64,000 bases of DNA from positions 48,298,001 through 48,362,000 of the forward strand of contig NW_026262745.1 in assembly GCF_021869535.1 (NCBI RefSeq), given 5' to 3'. The position numbers and the translations under genes are program-made. Each line of letters begins with the position of its first letter. Position 1 is the stretch's first letter. The notes under the pieces were generated by a model that saw only the letters and a list, made by a program, of their open reading frames with translations, did not search any database and was not told the DNA's origin. Below are positions 51,374-64,000 of the stretch, in pieces. The DNA is from Mytilus californianus. Its lineage: Eukaryota.

Positions 51374-52906
51374 GTAAGACATAGTACATAGAAAAGTATA
51401 AATATATATTGATCAAACTGTCATATTTTGAGGTGATATATTTAACACCCGTACAATGTATAATTCTAAAATGGTCCGCGGCTACGCATGTGACTAATTA
51501 CAATGTATACTAGCACATTTCTTAAGAAATTTGATTGACATTTTTTTTTAAACATACTATATATATTGTAAAATTACGTAGTTAAAACATGTATCGATTT
51601 CATGGATGTTCTCGGAAGTTGTTTGAGATCAATTTTTATTTTAAGGTGTGACATTTTGTCTGTCACTTTATTAAAGCCTTTTATTGTTTGTTTATTTGAA
51701 ATTTTATACACTTTTATTTTTATAAACGCAACATCATTGTATTCAACACAATGATCTTTATCAATTTAGAGAAACTAAGAATTAGCAATTTACTGCATGT
51801 TGTTTGAAATGCATTACAGCTACCATTTTGTAATGTTGTTTACGTTATCTTGTTATGTGTCAGAAGCGTTATAAAAATAAAATCCATTTACGAAATCACG
51901 AGAAAAAATACGGTATAACAATAACATCAAGAAATCACGAGACAAAAATACGTTATAAAAATAAAATCAAAAAATCACGAGAAAAAATTACAAGTGTCTG
52001 TACACTTTTTATTGAAAACGATTCATACACAAGATTGTCACCCTAGTTCCGTTCCAACACTTAACAGATACATAGATTTCTTGAGATTATTCTTTCTTAA
52101 TTGAAATACATATATATATATAGTATTTTTTTTAGGAAGCCTCCCACTGAAAAAAAGGTGGTCCAAAATTGGTCTGTAACAGTTGACTGATTTTGCTTCA
52201 AATTCTTTGGTGTTTTTTTTAACTCAAATTGTTATTTGCCCTCTTTGGCGACTAACATTGTAACCGAAGTGAAATGTGTCCTCCGGACTTTGTTTCCTAG
52301 TTGTTCATAATTTTACTAGAAAAATAAGTCCTCAAGGAAAACAATTTCTAGGGAAATGAGTCCATAGGTAGTGAAATATGACTACACTTATTTCCCTAGG
52401 AAAATTATTCATTAGATACTTGATACTGTGAAGCAAAGTCCAGGGGACTTTTTAATTTCAGGAACCAAAAAAACTGTGGAACATAGTTTATTGTCTGAAA
52501 ATTTTTTTTTAGTAATAAAAGTCAAATAGTGGGTCGAGGGACAAAAAAAGATCACAATCGTGGGTCCAGGGGACTGATTTGCGAGAAAGTTGGAATGCCA
52601 CTGGAAAAAGAGGGTATATCGAATAGGTACAGAAATGCAGCTTTGCAACAGGCCACCTACAGACACAAACAGTAGTTGCAAGGGTTCTTATAATGCAAAG
52701 AGCGTGGCACTCTCTATACACGAGGCATCTGATGTCACGTCCACATTTTGACCGCACATGACTGCGAGTTTATATGCATCACGCGCAGTCAAACGGATGA
52801 CTCACTTAGGTAAAGGTCCATATTTCTATACCCCAGTTAACCCTTGGGGTCTTATTTGTTAATGTTTATAAATGAATGTATACATGTATAATAATTTTGC
52901 TTCCAG

Positions 52907-53102
52907 CCTATGCACCGTCTGGCCAGCAGTCGCAAGCAACAGTCGTGGTTACACAGCAGCCAAATGTTTTGCTCCGGCAGACATTCCGTGAGGTACCAGT
53001 GCGTGTGAATTGCCCATCATGTAACGCTGATATCATGACCGCAACGCAATTCGAAATTGGAATGCTGACCTGGTTAGCGGCTGGTATGATATGCCTGTTC
53101 GG
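52907..53102 (+). CDS. LITAF: LITAF-domain gene 2, exon 2
   Basis: cag|(A)YAPSGQQSQATVVVTQQPNVLLRQTFREVPVRVNCPSCNADIMTATQFEIGMLTWLAAGMICLF(G)|gtaag. Confidence 0.93.
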
Positions 53103-53753
53103 GTAAGAAAACTGTATTTTACAGTCAATTTTTTTTATATAAAATTAGTGTCGTATTGGGTTGATTTTTATCTTGTTATGTCTTGATATTTATTTTAGTT
53201 TTACTTTAATTTTCTTGGGGGTTGGGCCTGTATCTCCGCCTTTCCCTTGCCGTATATTCTTCTATACTTTGGCCTCTATTTACCGTCATTTAAAAGCCAA
53301 TTTTGATTTTCATCAAGGTAGTCAAGGAATAAAGTTACTTCAAAAATTGATGGTTTATCTTCCAAAGATAACTCAGTACCAATAGTCAACTTTGCATGAC
53401 AGTTTTTGAACGCAAATTTAGAAAGATGTTAACCAAGTAAATGAATCTAATGAAATGCTACTTTTTAAGTTGCAAGCCTGTGCCGAAGCTGAGTTACAGC
53501 TTACCCATTCGAATATGTTCACAGAACAATGCAATGAAATGTACATGTTTGTTAGGTTGACCATGAACCCAATAATACATGTGTACACTGCCTGTTGGCT
53601 GAGTTGCAGGTGTGAGAACTAGCCAATCGAATCATAGAACAGCCAACGCAACGATACTCCTGTAGAAACAATTAGACTAGTTTTGTTTATATATTTACAG
53701 CAGCCTAAAAATATTTCATTTCCAAATCTGTAAATTCTAAGTATGTCAAATGA

Positions 53754-53915
<162 letters not shown>

Positions 53916-55259
53916 AACGCACGATCAAACAATGGTGTGGGAGGCTCAATACCTCGTCTTTACATATCACATATACAACTTTATGTAAATATTTATTTTG
54001 TAGACCACTTAAAATTTATATTGACCAAATATATGTAAAAGAAAATTGTAAGAAAGGCTTTCATAACACATGGTCTTCCATGGATTTTTTTATACGTTGT
54101 TTTATATATTATAAACACAATACAGAGTTTATGTATACTGTACTTTATGTTATGCGTTATTCTCAGTATTCTTTTATGATGATTTTTATTCCACGTTCCT
54201 TCTCTCCCATTAGTTTAGAATGGTTGATTTGTACGTATTTGCATCAACCCCGACGAAAAGACCATTTTGTGATAAATTTGAAAGCATTTTCAGTACTTCT
54301 GCAAAGAAATATTTTATTTTCCCGTAAAATTTTTATTGAACGTTTCTCCTCATGTTCTTGCAAATTATTGCATTCATCTCATTATATATTTTTCATTTCA
54401 TTTCTCAAATGATTTCGATACAATTACGCAATAGAATCATTCATCTAAAATGTATGTACTATGCTGTTTTTGTTCACAACTTCTACGTTTTAAATTTATT
54501 TTCACTTTTGTACACAATTTATTCCTGCATTTGGTGTTGCAGATTGTTCATTTTCAACGTGTCTTGGGAAAAATCATTAATCTTCAGCTCTTACCAGGCC
54601 AGGATATTAATTTTCAAAGTCCCACCCCCTTCGGAAAATCAAATGGTCGTCACTTAAGTGCCTTACTTTTTTCAAACTTGAACTAGATATCTATTTTTTT
54701 TTTTTACAAATTTGTACGTTCAGATTTATTGTAATTAATTGATTCAAGTGTTCAAATCATTGTTTTAATAAATCATCTTAATCGTTTCTATCTTTTGCTT
54801 GTTTTATTTGCTTTTGAGGTAATTAAAATGAAAATCCAAAATCTATGACAAACTTAGGAAAATCATACACCAAATGCTTTCAAAAAGAAATACACAAACA
54901 AACAAAAAATAACATAATGCCTCTCTTAAAACGAAATTTTTCATACACACGAACATGACTACTTTTAAAATTCAAACAATCAACAACGGTCCTTCAAAAA
55001 CTTACTAATAGATAAAAGCAATTCGAAACTCTGTCCAGTCTCGCGCATGTCTCAGCAACGATGTATACATGCGACATATATATATGTCAAATTCGATTTG
55101 GGCCTTAGTTCAGTTCAAACAAAGGCTAGCTGAAGTTACTCAACAGAAATGCATACGTTCTTAACTAAACATTATATACCAAAAATGCAGATTAATTCAC
55201 ATCCCATTTAATCGATTTTTAAAATATGAATAAGTAAGACAGATATATCGCGCGGTTTA

Positions 55260-57215
55260 ATGAATGGCTATTATTTATTTTGAATTTATTGAACCATAAA
55301 ATTAATTTTTGACTCTTCACACTGACTGATAATCCGCGAATTTATTGAACCATAAAATTAATTTTTGACTATAAGATAAGATAAGATAAGATAAGATAAG
55401 ATAAGAAAACTTTATTTTGATTCGGCATAAGTTAAAAGACACAACACAAGCTCTAACGAGCTTTTGACCGAATATAAAAACATATACATAACATAAAAAC
55501 AGTCTAATTTGACATATAAAACAACCTGTTATACGAAGTTAAATCTCACTTACATAGCATGCAATAAAAATTTAGCAACAAAATTAAAATGAAATAAAAC
55601 ATGCTAGACCAGAGCAACCAAAAGCAACATAAATAATAAACATCTCAAGAATTATCTGCAAGCAGAACAGCGACATTCCAAACCGTTCCAGGACTGAACA
55701 AGACTTTTAAAATATGAAAAACTATTTTCAGTCCTGAAATGGTTTGGAAGGCTGTTCCATAAAGTAGCGGCAGCAAATTTGAAAGATTTTTTACCGTAAC
55801 GGGTTGACTTTACCTGTGGAACATCCAGAATATTTACATACCTGAAAGAATACTTAGATTTTTTGACACTCATCAAATTTTGTAAGCACACAGGAGCTAT
55901 ATTATTTATAATCTTAAAAGTTTCTAGAGCCATTGTTCTAATCCGTCTAATCTGCAAGGAGGGCACCTTCGCTTTAAGTAAGAGGTCCTCGTAGGGGCTG
56001 GTAAAATCCTCATATACAAAACGGAGTGCTCTTTCCTGCACCTTTTCTAATTTTTTGGAATTTTTCTCAGTGCAAAAATGCCATGCCAAAGGACAAAAAT
56101 TAAAATTACTCAGAATAAAGGTATGAAAAATAGTAAGTTTACTAAGTCTATCCAAAACTGAGCCCAAACGTTTTAAAACATTTAATTGCTGTGATGCCCT
56201 CCTACAGATTGAGCTGATATGAACATCAAAATTTAACTGATAGTCAATTTCAATGCCTAATAATTTTACTGTTTTTTCACATGTAAGGTTCAAGTTTTGA
56301 ATATGTATAGATGGGTTTTGTTCAAAGGTCTTTTTGCCAACAGCCAAAACTTGAAACTTATCGGGATTTGCTTGCATTTTATTCACCCGGAACCACTCAA
56401 TAAGTATTTTTGACTCAGATTCCAAAGTTGAAATTAATAAATCAAAATCTGGAGTACAGAAAGACAAAGTATTGTCATCTGCATAGTTATATAAACTACC
56501 ATTTTTAACAAAAAGAAAAATATCATTTATAAATATGTTAAACAACAATGGCCCTAGTATAGAACCCTGTGGTACGCCCTTATGGATGTCAGCCCAACCA
56601 CTCAGAACATTGTTGACTTTAATTTGTTGTTTACGATTAGATAAATAGGACTTTAAAAGAGCAACTGCATGGGGGATACACCATATGCTGATAATTTATC
56701 TAGCAAGATATTGTGAGGCAGGCAGTCAAAAGCCTTAGAAAGATCCATTAATACCGCTGCAATGTACTGGTTTTTATCAAGAGCTTCACGCCAATCTTCT
56801 TACACTCTGAGAAGTGTGGTCTGACATCCATGTCCACGTCTAAAAGCACACAAAAAAGGATTAAATATTTTATCAAAGTATTCAGTTAGTTGAATTTCAT
56901 ATATTTTTTCAAAGATTTTAGAAAATATGGGTAAGACACTAACTGGTCTATAGTTTGTTTTTAATAATGGGTCTGTCTTTTTATGAAGGGGGTCACTTGG
57001 GCTTCTTTAAGTTTGTCAGGGAAACAGTTATTTTCAATTGACAAATTTACCAGTTGTCAGCTGTGGTGCAATATAAGATTTACATTTTTTTACTATTTTT
57101 GCTGGAATACCATCAGCTCCTTCACATTCAATTCGCGGATTATGTAAAATGTGAAGAGTCAAAAATTAAATTTATGGTTCAATAAATTCAAAATAAATAA
57201 TAGTCATTCATTATA
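55260..57215. mobile_element. Palindromic MITE split by a LINE insertion
   Basis: AATGAATGGCTATTATTTATTTTGAATTTATTGAACCATAAAATTAATTTTTGACTCTTCACA (from 55260) is inverted at about 57150-57212. TTTTTGACT|CTTCACATT is rejoined if 55371-57119 is removed. Confidence 0.7.
55371..57119 (-). mobile_element. 5'-truncated, defective non-LTR retrotransposon (CR1/L2-group RT)
   Basis: ORF 56548-55652 contains YADD. Upstream frames give YRPVSVLP, DLSKAFD and GVPQGSILGP, with an in-frame TAA near 56800 and frameshifts. (TCTTA)n tail at 55371-55408. Confidence 0.92.
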
Positions 57216-57988
57216 ATAAATTTCTATCAAAATAAGGCTCAAAGAGCTTTTTATATTATTTATATTAACAATAACAACGTACACACATGTTGGCGTATGA
57301 ATACACAACGTCAGAGTGGGCGTGTCGCCATAAAAATTGACAACATTGAAAATAAAGGTAATACTTTTAACCAATCAGAAGACAGTAAATACACCAAATT
57401 TATTTATTGATTATTGGTTACTTAACGTCTAGTGATAAATATTCCTGGCATTTTATCCAATTTATCCAATAAATAGGACTGCAAAGTTTATCAACGTGGA
57501 TAAAGGGCGGCAATAGGTCTGCCACTGGAAATTGAGTGAATCAATATTGCATGAATAGGGTTGGAATATTTGGGCCGTGTAATGATAGACCACCCGGACC
57601 CCAAAGAGTTGTTGCAAAGGTGTCTTTTATGTGCAGAAGGCGTGGGATTTTTTTTAAACGAGGTCGGCCCCATTCTGATTAGACGTGGCTGCGTATTTAT
57701 ACATCCCGCATAAACAATATTTCAATTAGGAAATAATTACATATAAACACAAATATATGGGCTCTCAAATTCTAATTAATAAGTTAATCAAACAAAATTC
57801 ACGAAACAAATCGAAAACATTTACACGAAGACAAGGGCACAGTTTATCATATAGTGATAACAGGTCTCATCTGTAGCAACCTAGTTATTGACTCCAGGTA
57901 ATCGACATATTGTTTTTACGTTACAGTGTTGCGAAACACCGGTTTTATTTTTATTTTGAAATATTTAAAAGGCGGATTAAAAGAAGAT

Positions 57989-58055
57989 ATGGAGAAAGGA
58001 TCACCATACCCTGCACAACAACCACCACCCCCACAGTACAATCAACCTCCACCAG
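57989..58055 (+). CDS. LITAF: LITAF-domain gene 3, coding exon 1 (remaining exons not in window)
   Basis: MEKGSPYPAQQPPPPQYNQPPP|gtaagac; 59/67 nt identical to gene 2 exon 1. Confidence 0.8.
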
Positions 58056-58381
58056 GTAAGACCAGTTTTGGCAAATGTTTTATTTACATTTTCATTTTTA
58101 GATTTATGGATCGATTACTGCCCTTGATATTTTGTGTAAACACATGATAAACACCGTCTGGTTCAACTTGTCAATTTTCTGATTTGTCAAAATTCAAGGG
58201 TTGAAATTAGTAGATATATTATTCATTATAGAATACCATTTAACATTCAACATTGTATGCAATGCGCATTTTATTTAAAATGGATGAAAACGTCAACACA
58301 GAATATATTCATATTAATGACCCCATTAATATGATCAACTTACAAAAAATAAAATAGCATTGTACGGTGATAATTTTTTGA

Positions 58382-58847
58382 GTGACTGAATTCAGTCACC
58401 TGATTGCATCTTTATATCACATAATTCAACAAGTACAATAGAAAGTAACATTACCATTTTATTCGTAAAATATCTATCAAATACATTTGTACTTGTTGCT
58501 TCTTAACTAAAACATATTACTGTTAATTCAGATGAAACAGAATTCGGATTATAGATTAATACAAGCAACATATAACAGGATAACAGCTAAATGAAATTAA
58601 CTCTTTATCCTGTTCATTATTTTGACAAAATGTTGACTGAATTCAGTCACACAGCATTTGATAGAAGCTATAAGAAATTGTACTAAATTAGAGTGTTTTC
58701 TAAGACTTAAATTACACCAAATGTGATTACATAGTATACACATCTATAATACAGATGACTGAATTCAGTCAATACAAATTCAGGAAATATTTGTTGAAAA
58801 GACCAATTCTGCAGCAGTAAAAAAAATATTATGACTGAATTCAGTCA
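58382..58847. repeat. Four dispersed copies of palindrome TGACTGAATTCAGTCA
   Basis: At 58383, 58634, 58756 and 58832. Confidence 0.9.
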
Positions 58848-61151
58848 CAAAATTAGGTTTACACATTTATATTCACTAGAGCATCAACTCATAGCAATGT
58901 GTATTGCTGTTTAGTTCAGTCAGACAGGGAATAATTTAGGGATGTCACTCTAGTAACCATTTATAAAAAGACACTGAAATTATTTCCATGGCGATTATCC
59001 CTCCCCCAATCACTGTCTATTGATTTCGAAAATGCATAGTTAGTTTACAGGTTTATGTTTGTGATTTGGTCAGTTTAAGGCTGAACATTAACGGTTATTA
59101 CATAAGATGTGCAGTTGTACTAGATTTTGCACATCTCATCTCTATAATGATTATCCCCCCTTTGGGATGAACTTCACCTTAACATATTAATTTTTAATTA
59201 AAAGGGTTTTTCATTGTTTAAGAAAAAAATCAAGCACAATTAACTGTTAAGTTTCATTGGAAAGAACACAATTTGCAATTTCACCAAAAAACAAAAAACA
59301 CAAAATACAATGAAAGCCAGAATATACCATATGAAATGTGACAATGTTTTAAATATAGTGTGTAACAACTAGAAGCATCAAGAAGTCTGACTTTCTCACT
59401 TAGAAAGGTTAAAAACAAATTGATAAAAACATTGCGAAAAAATGAAAATAAAATGAAGTGAAATCAATTTCAACATTTTTATTTTAATGTCTGGATAATA
59501 TTATTTATTCAATGTAAATCCAGTAAAAACAATTGTTGTCACTTCATAAATTTAAAAAAGCTTGATTTTTTTTCAAGCGAAAAGCGGTTAAAAACTGGAT
59601 CACACTTGAGACTTACATGTTCATCTTTTAATAATGTTTTGTAGATCAGCACAGTATTTAAAGTTTAAAAAAAACTGTTTCACAAAAATAGAGATTGTCT
59701 AAATGCAACATTGTGATAATATGTATCATTTTGAAATTTCTTCTTTCAACTATCCCATATTAATTTCAATTGTGCTGGCATTTTGTAAAGATTAACATTA
59801 TCCCACTTAAAAGAGACAAGAATGTGTTCAGTTGTTGTTTGTTCAAGATTTTGGAATCAATGTACCAGTCTGCTACTACTGCCCAAAATATCCATTAAAC
59901 CAATCGAATGTGTTGCTGTCACTTTTGTTACTTCTATCCATGGTAAATTCTCCAGACTGTCTGGTCTGATCAATATCCATTGTTCTGCTTGAAGATACTG
60001 TGGGTACTCATAGAAAGTAAAATCTAAAAAAGAAAACAAATTATTCTAATGATCTATTTCCGAAAAAAAAAAAGATGATTTAGATAGTGAGGATAATACC
60101 ATTCTTTGTAAATGCATTTCCATTCAGAGTAACGGTACATGTTGCTTCATTTTTTTTTAATTACGTTACTTGTAAAAACACCTTATTTCATAAAAGCATA
60201 TATTTTTTTAAATTTTTAAATTTAGTTTAATTACATCAAATACCAGAAACAGTTAATGATTTTAATTATTGCTATATGTTCAACAGTTAGCCGGATTTGT
60301 TGAATAGCATCAGACAAAGGACATGGTACAAGATAAGGGACTTATATTTTGGCAGAATATTTTACTTAAATTCTTAATTTTCCTTTTAAATTGAGGAAAT
60401 GCCAAATTAAAAACTACTATTTTTCGGTCAGTGTCATCACAATCCATCAAAGTTATACACTCTTATGAAGAAAAACCTTAATTTTGAATAAACAATTTTT
60501 GACTAATTTCAACAGGGTGTTTACAAAGGTATTGGCAGCATGAATGGACCACCATATGTTTTGTAATAGTGTGAATTTGAACCATATATATAATTTGATA
60601 AGTTTTTATTACTCTTAGTATGTGACCAATATTATTCAGATAAAAAGGCCTATAAATGCATAAATACATTTCTAACTGTACTACTTGTAATGATTTACCA
60701 CAAACTGGTATATCGATAAGGATCGCTTTACCAGAAGCTCTGGAAAAGTATTTTTAAATCTAATTTAAATGCTGGAAACCCTTGATACATATTTGATGAT
60801 AAAGCTTAGAAAAACTCAGTTTTTAAGAAGTCTAGGTCCGATGTTAGAATAGGTAACAGAAGAAACTAAACAAAAGGACAATGATACAGCAATTAACAAA
60901 GGACTACTAGCAGTTACTGACATGCCTGTTCCAGACCTCAATTATATGAAAATCAAGATTAGGAATTTAGTATCATACCATCAAAATATACAAGAAGAAC
61001 ATAACATGCATTTCTTTACTTTTTGTGTGTCTATGATTGTTTAAAAAATAAGGAGATGTGGTATGATTGCAAATATGACAACTATCTACCAAAGTTCAAA
61101 TGAAGTGGATGTAGGCAATTATAGGTTACTGTACGGCCTTCAACAATGAGA

Positions 61152-62444
61152 ATAAAATGCTCCGCTGCGGCGCAGCTTGATACGACCGCAGAGGTCGAAC
61201 CCTGAACAGTTGGGGCAAGTATGGACACAACATTCAAGCTTGATACAGCACTGAATTTGGATTGTAATTAAATATTTGACACAGCATAGGTTTCTGACAC
61301 AGAATGAATGTGGTCTAAGAACTTACATTTTTTTAATTTACCTATTCAAACCATATCATTATTATTTGCTTTTATATATAAATCAGAAATAACCAATTTA
61401 AAATGGAAAATTTTAAAGAAAAAAAAGGAAAAAAAATCCCCCCCCCCAATTTTTTGAACCCCCTTATGATTCATCACCCCCCAAAACTTAATCCCAGCCT
61501 TCCCTTTGTGGTATGGTACCTTGCAGTACAATTTCAGAGAGATCCATACACTTGAACACAAGTTATTGTCTGGAAACTAGAAAAATGCTTGTTTTTTGGC
61601 CCCAAATTCCTAAACGTTTAAGGCAATTACCCCCAAACTCGAACCCAGCTTTCCCTTTGTGATATTGAACCTTGCAGTACAATTTCATAAAGATCCATAC
61701 ACTTGCACACAAGTTATTGTCCTGAAACTAGAAAATGCTTGTTTTTTTGCTCCTTTATGGCCCCTAATTCCTAACATTTTGAGGGAATTACCCCCAAAAT
61801 CAATCCCAGCCTTCCCTTTGTGGTATGGTACCTTGCAGTACATTTTCAGAGAGATCCATACACTTGAACACAAGTTATTGTCTGGAAACTAGAAAAATGC
61901 TTATTTTTGGCCCCTTTTTGGCCCCTTATTCCTAAATGTTTTGGGCAATTACCCCCAAACTCAATTCCAGCTTTCCCTTTGTGATATGGAACCTTGTAGT
62001 ACAATTTCAGAAAGATCCATACACTTACACACAAGTTATTGTCATGAAACTAGAAAAATGCTTGTTTTTTGCCCCTTTTTGGCCCCTAATTCCAAAATTT
62101 TGGAGGCAATTACCCCTAAAATCAATCCCAGCATTCCCTTTGTGATATGGAACCTTGTGGTACAATACCAGAGAGATCCATACACTAACACACAAGTTAT
62201 GTCTGGAAGTTACAAAAATGCTTATTTTTGGCCCCTTTTTGGCCCCTAACTGTTGGTACCATAACCCCCAAAATCTATCCCCACCTTCCTTTTGTGGTAT
62301 TGAACCTTATGGTAAAATTTCATAGAGATCCATTCACTTAAACTAAAGTTAGAGTGCGAAAACCAATGTGTCTTCGGACGACGACGACGACGCCAACGTC
62401 ATACCAATATACGACCGCAAAATTTTTTTGCGGTCGTATAAAAA
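61152..62444 (-). mobile_element. HINE-like element with about 160-bp tandem array (about 5.5 units)
   Basis: Terminal perfect hairpin TATACGACCGCAAAA-TTT-TTTTGCGGTCGTATA plus A-run, a (GAC)n microsatellite, and a matching ATACGACCGCA near the other end. Units start at about 61500, 61651, 61812, 61973, 62134 and 62286. It interrupts a SINE tail. Confidence 0.85.
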
Positions 62445-63812
62445 CCCATACTGTATGGCTATATAGTACCGTAATAGTCGGCTATTAAAGGACCGACATG
62501 AAAATATAAAGCAATTCAATTGACATAACTAACGGCCTAATTTATAACAAAACAATTTACGAAAAACAAATATGACAGCTGTAAACCAACGACAACTACT
62601 GAACTACAGGCTTGATTTTTTTTCAAAATAGTTATATAAAAACTAGAAATCTATTTAAAAGAATATGAAAGTTCTTCACACACACATAAAGATTCTAACA
62701 TCAACCTCAGTTGGTCTCTGTTAGATACTTGTCTTACATATCTATATTCGAACTGTATCTTCTGGGGTTTTTTTTAATAGTAAGTTTAAACAGTCCGGGG
62801 AATTTTTGAAATAATCACTTATAAATAGCAAAAAATATCAACTTAATTGGGGTCTGAAGCCTTAATAAAAAAATATAATTTTGTATTTTGTATTTTGTAG
62901 TTTTACTAAAATTTTAAACATACAGGTTTATATTATATCTTATTATGAGTAAAATTGAAAAAAAGAAACCTCTTTAAAATGATTTTTTGAAATAAAATAG
63001 AATTATGATATATTTATATAAGTGATTTTCATGTCATTATCCCAGATTCAGTACAAGGTCATCACCTGACATGACCGGTCATCCTTTAAACACAGATGTT
63101 GGTTCTGATAATTTTAGCAAACGTGATTAGTCCCTGGATCATTAGTATATATCTAAAGTTACATCACATTCAAATGTTACTGAACCAGTGATTTAAGATA
63201 TCACTCATTTAAGTAATTCCCCTGACTGTTAACGGTGATAAATTGATGTTATAAAAAGGAAATTTGAAAAATTTAGAACCTCACCTTTTTCTTTTATTTT
63301 CTTTATTTGAGGAGCACTGTTGATAATTCGAATACACTGCACCCAGGCCACTATTAGAACTTTGAGTTTTTCTTTTCTTAGGTGATTCATCTGTTTTAAT
63401 ACAAATTATACACAGTTTTAAACAGTGCTTAAAAATTAGTTAGAACAAGGGTATATAGGTCATTATCAGAGTGATTGAGAGTACCTTATGATGCATTTTC
63501 AATAAGTTTTATAAAAACGAGTTGACCCTGGGAGATAACGTACAACCACGTATAAAAATGTGAAGAGCAAAATATCTTAAAATTGAAAAGTGTCAAGTCT
63601 AAATTTACTTTTAAGTTGTTTTGAAGTACATGTATACATAAACAATAAGGATAGGCAGTGGAAATAAAGAAACTTTTCAGTATTAATTTACCCACAATAA
63701 TGCTTATTATATCTGTACACCTATCATATTGACCAATTCTTATTTAAGCACTAGAGGGATATAAGTTTGCACAAAACTGGCACACAAGTGGCAGTAAGCT
63801 TTAACAACTAAG

Positions 63813-63938
63813 CTAAATAAAAGTTATGGCTACTGGATCAAGGCAAATAAATAACCTAACAAATAATTCCTTCATATAACATGTATAAATGTTGCCCAAT
63901 TTTCTTTATAACATCCAGTAGCCATAACTTTCATTTAG
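63813..63938. mobile_element. Small MITE / inverted repeat
   Basis: CTAAATAAAAGTTATGGCTACTGGAT / ATCCAGTAGCCATAACTTTCATTTAG. Confidence 0.65.
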
Positions 63939-64000
63939 TTTAAATTATATAATGGTTTACTTTTACAAATTGTGACTTGGATAGAGAGTTGTCTCATTGG

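Noticed and set aside
59857-60669. Exon-like ORFs (EYPQYLQAEQW...; HSCCQYLCKH)
   Set aside because: There is an acceptor-like site, but the frames close quickly and I cannot assign a family. Kept only as a hint under the palindrome-cluster finding.
61346-62249. Repetitive ORFs on both strands
   Set aside because: Translations of the about 160-bp tandem units of a HINE-like element.

Overview
AT-rich eukaryotic DNA, most probably a bivalve (Mytilus-like, inferred from the repeat landscape and the C1q-domain gene). Genes I can reconstruct: (1) a secreted C1q-domain (C1qDC) gene on the minus strand (exons 7248-7101 and 6606-6198), with a 1-nt frameshift in a C4 run at 6352-6355 and its start-codon exon not found; (2) a complete 8-exon RFC3 gene on the minus strand (ATG 41251, stop 15730, 355 aa), with TE-filled introns of 12.9 kb and 7.6 kb; (3) head-to-head with RFC3, a tandem array of LITAF-domain genes on the plus strand: two complete (151 aa, 124 aa) and the first coding exon of a third. 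The rest is a dense nest of mobile elements: Helentron/HINE-like elements carrying tandem repeats, SINE-like repeats, MITEs, a defective THAP-DDE (Harbinger/ISL2EU-type) transposase and two 5'-truncated LINEs. The most interesting signals are in the LITAF array: a duplicated promoter-like block and an in-frame alternative first exon in gene 2 that would remove the PPxY motif, possible exon-restricted homogenisation, a Q/P/Y heptad expansion, and a cluster of 16-bp palindromes. All alignments and counts were done by eye. No tRNA, rRNA or CRISPR array was seen.
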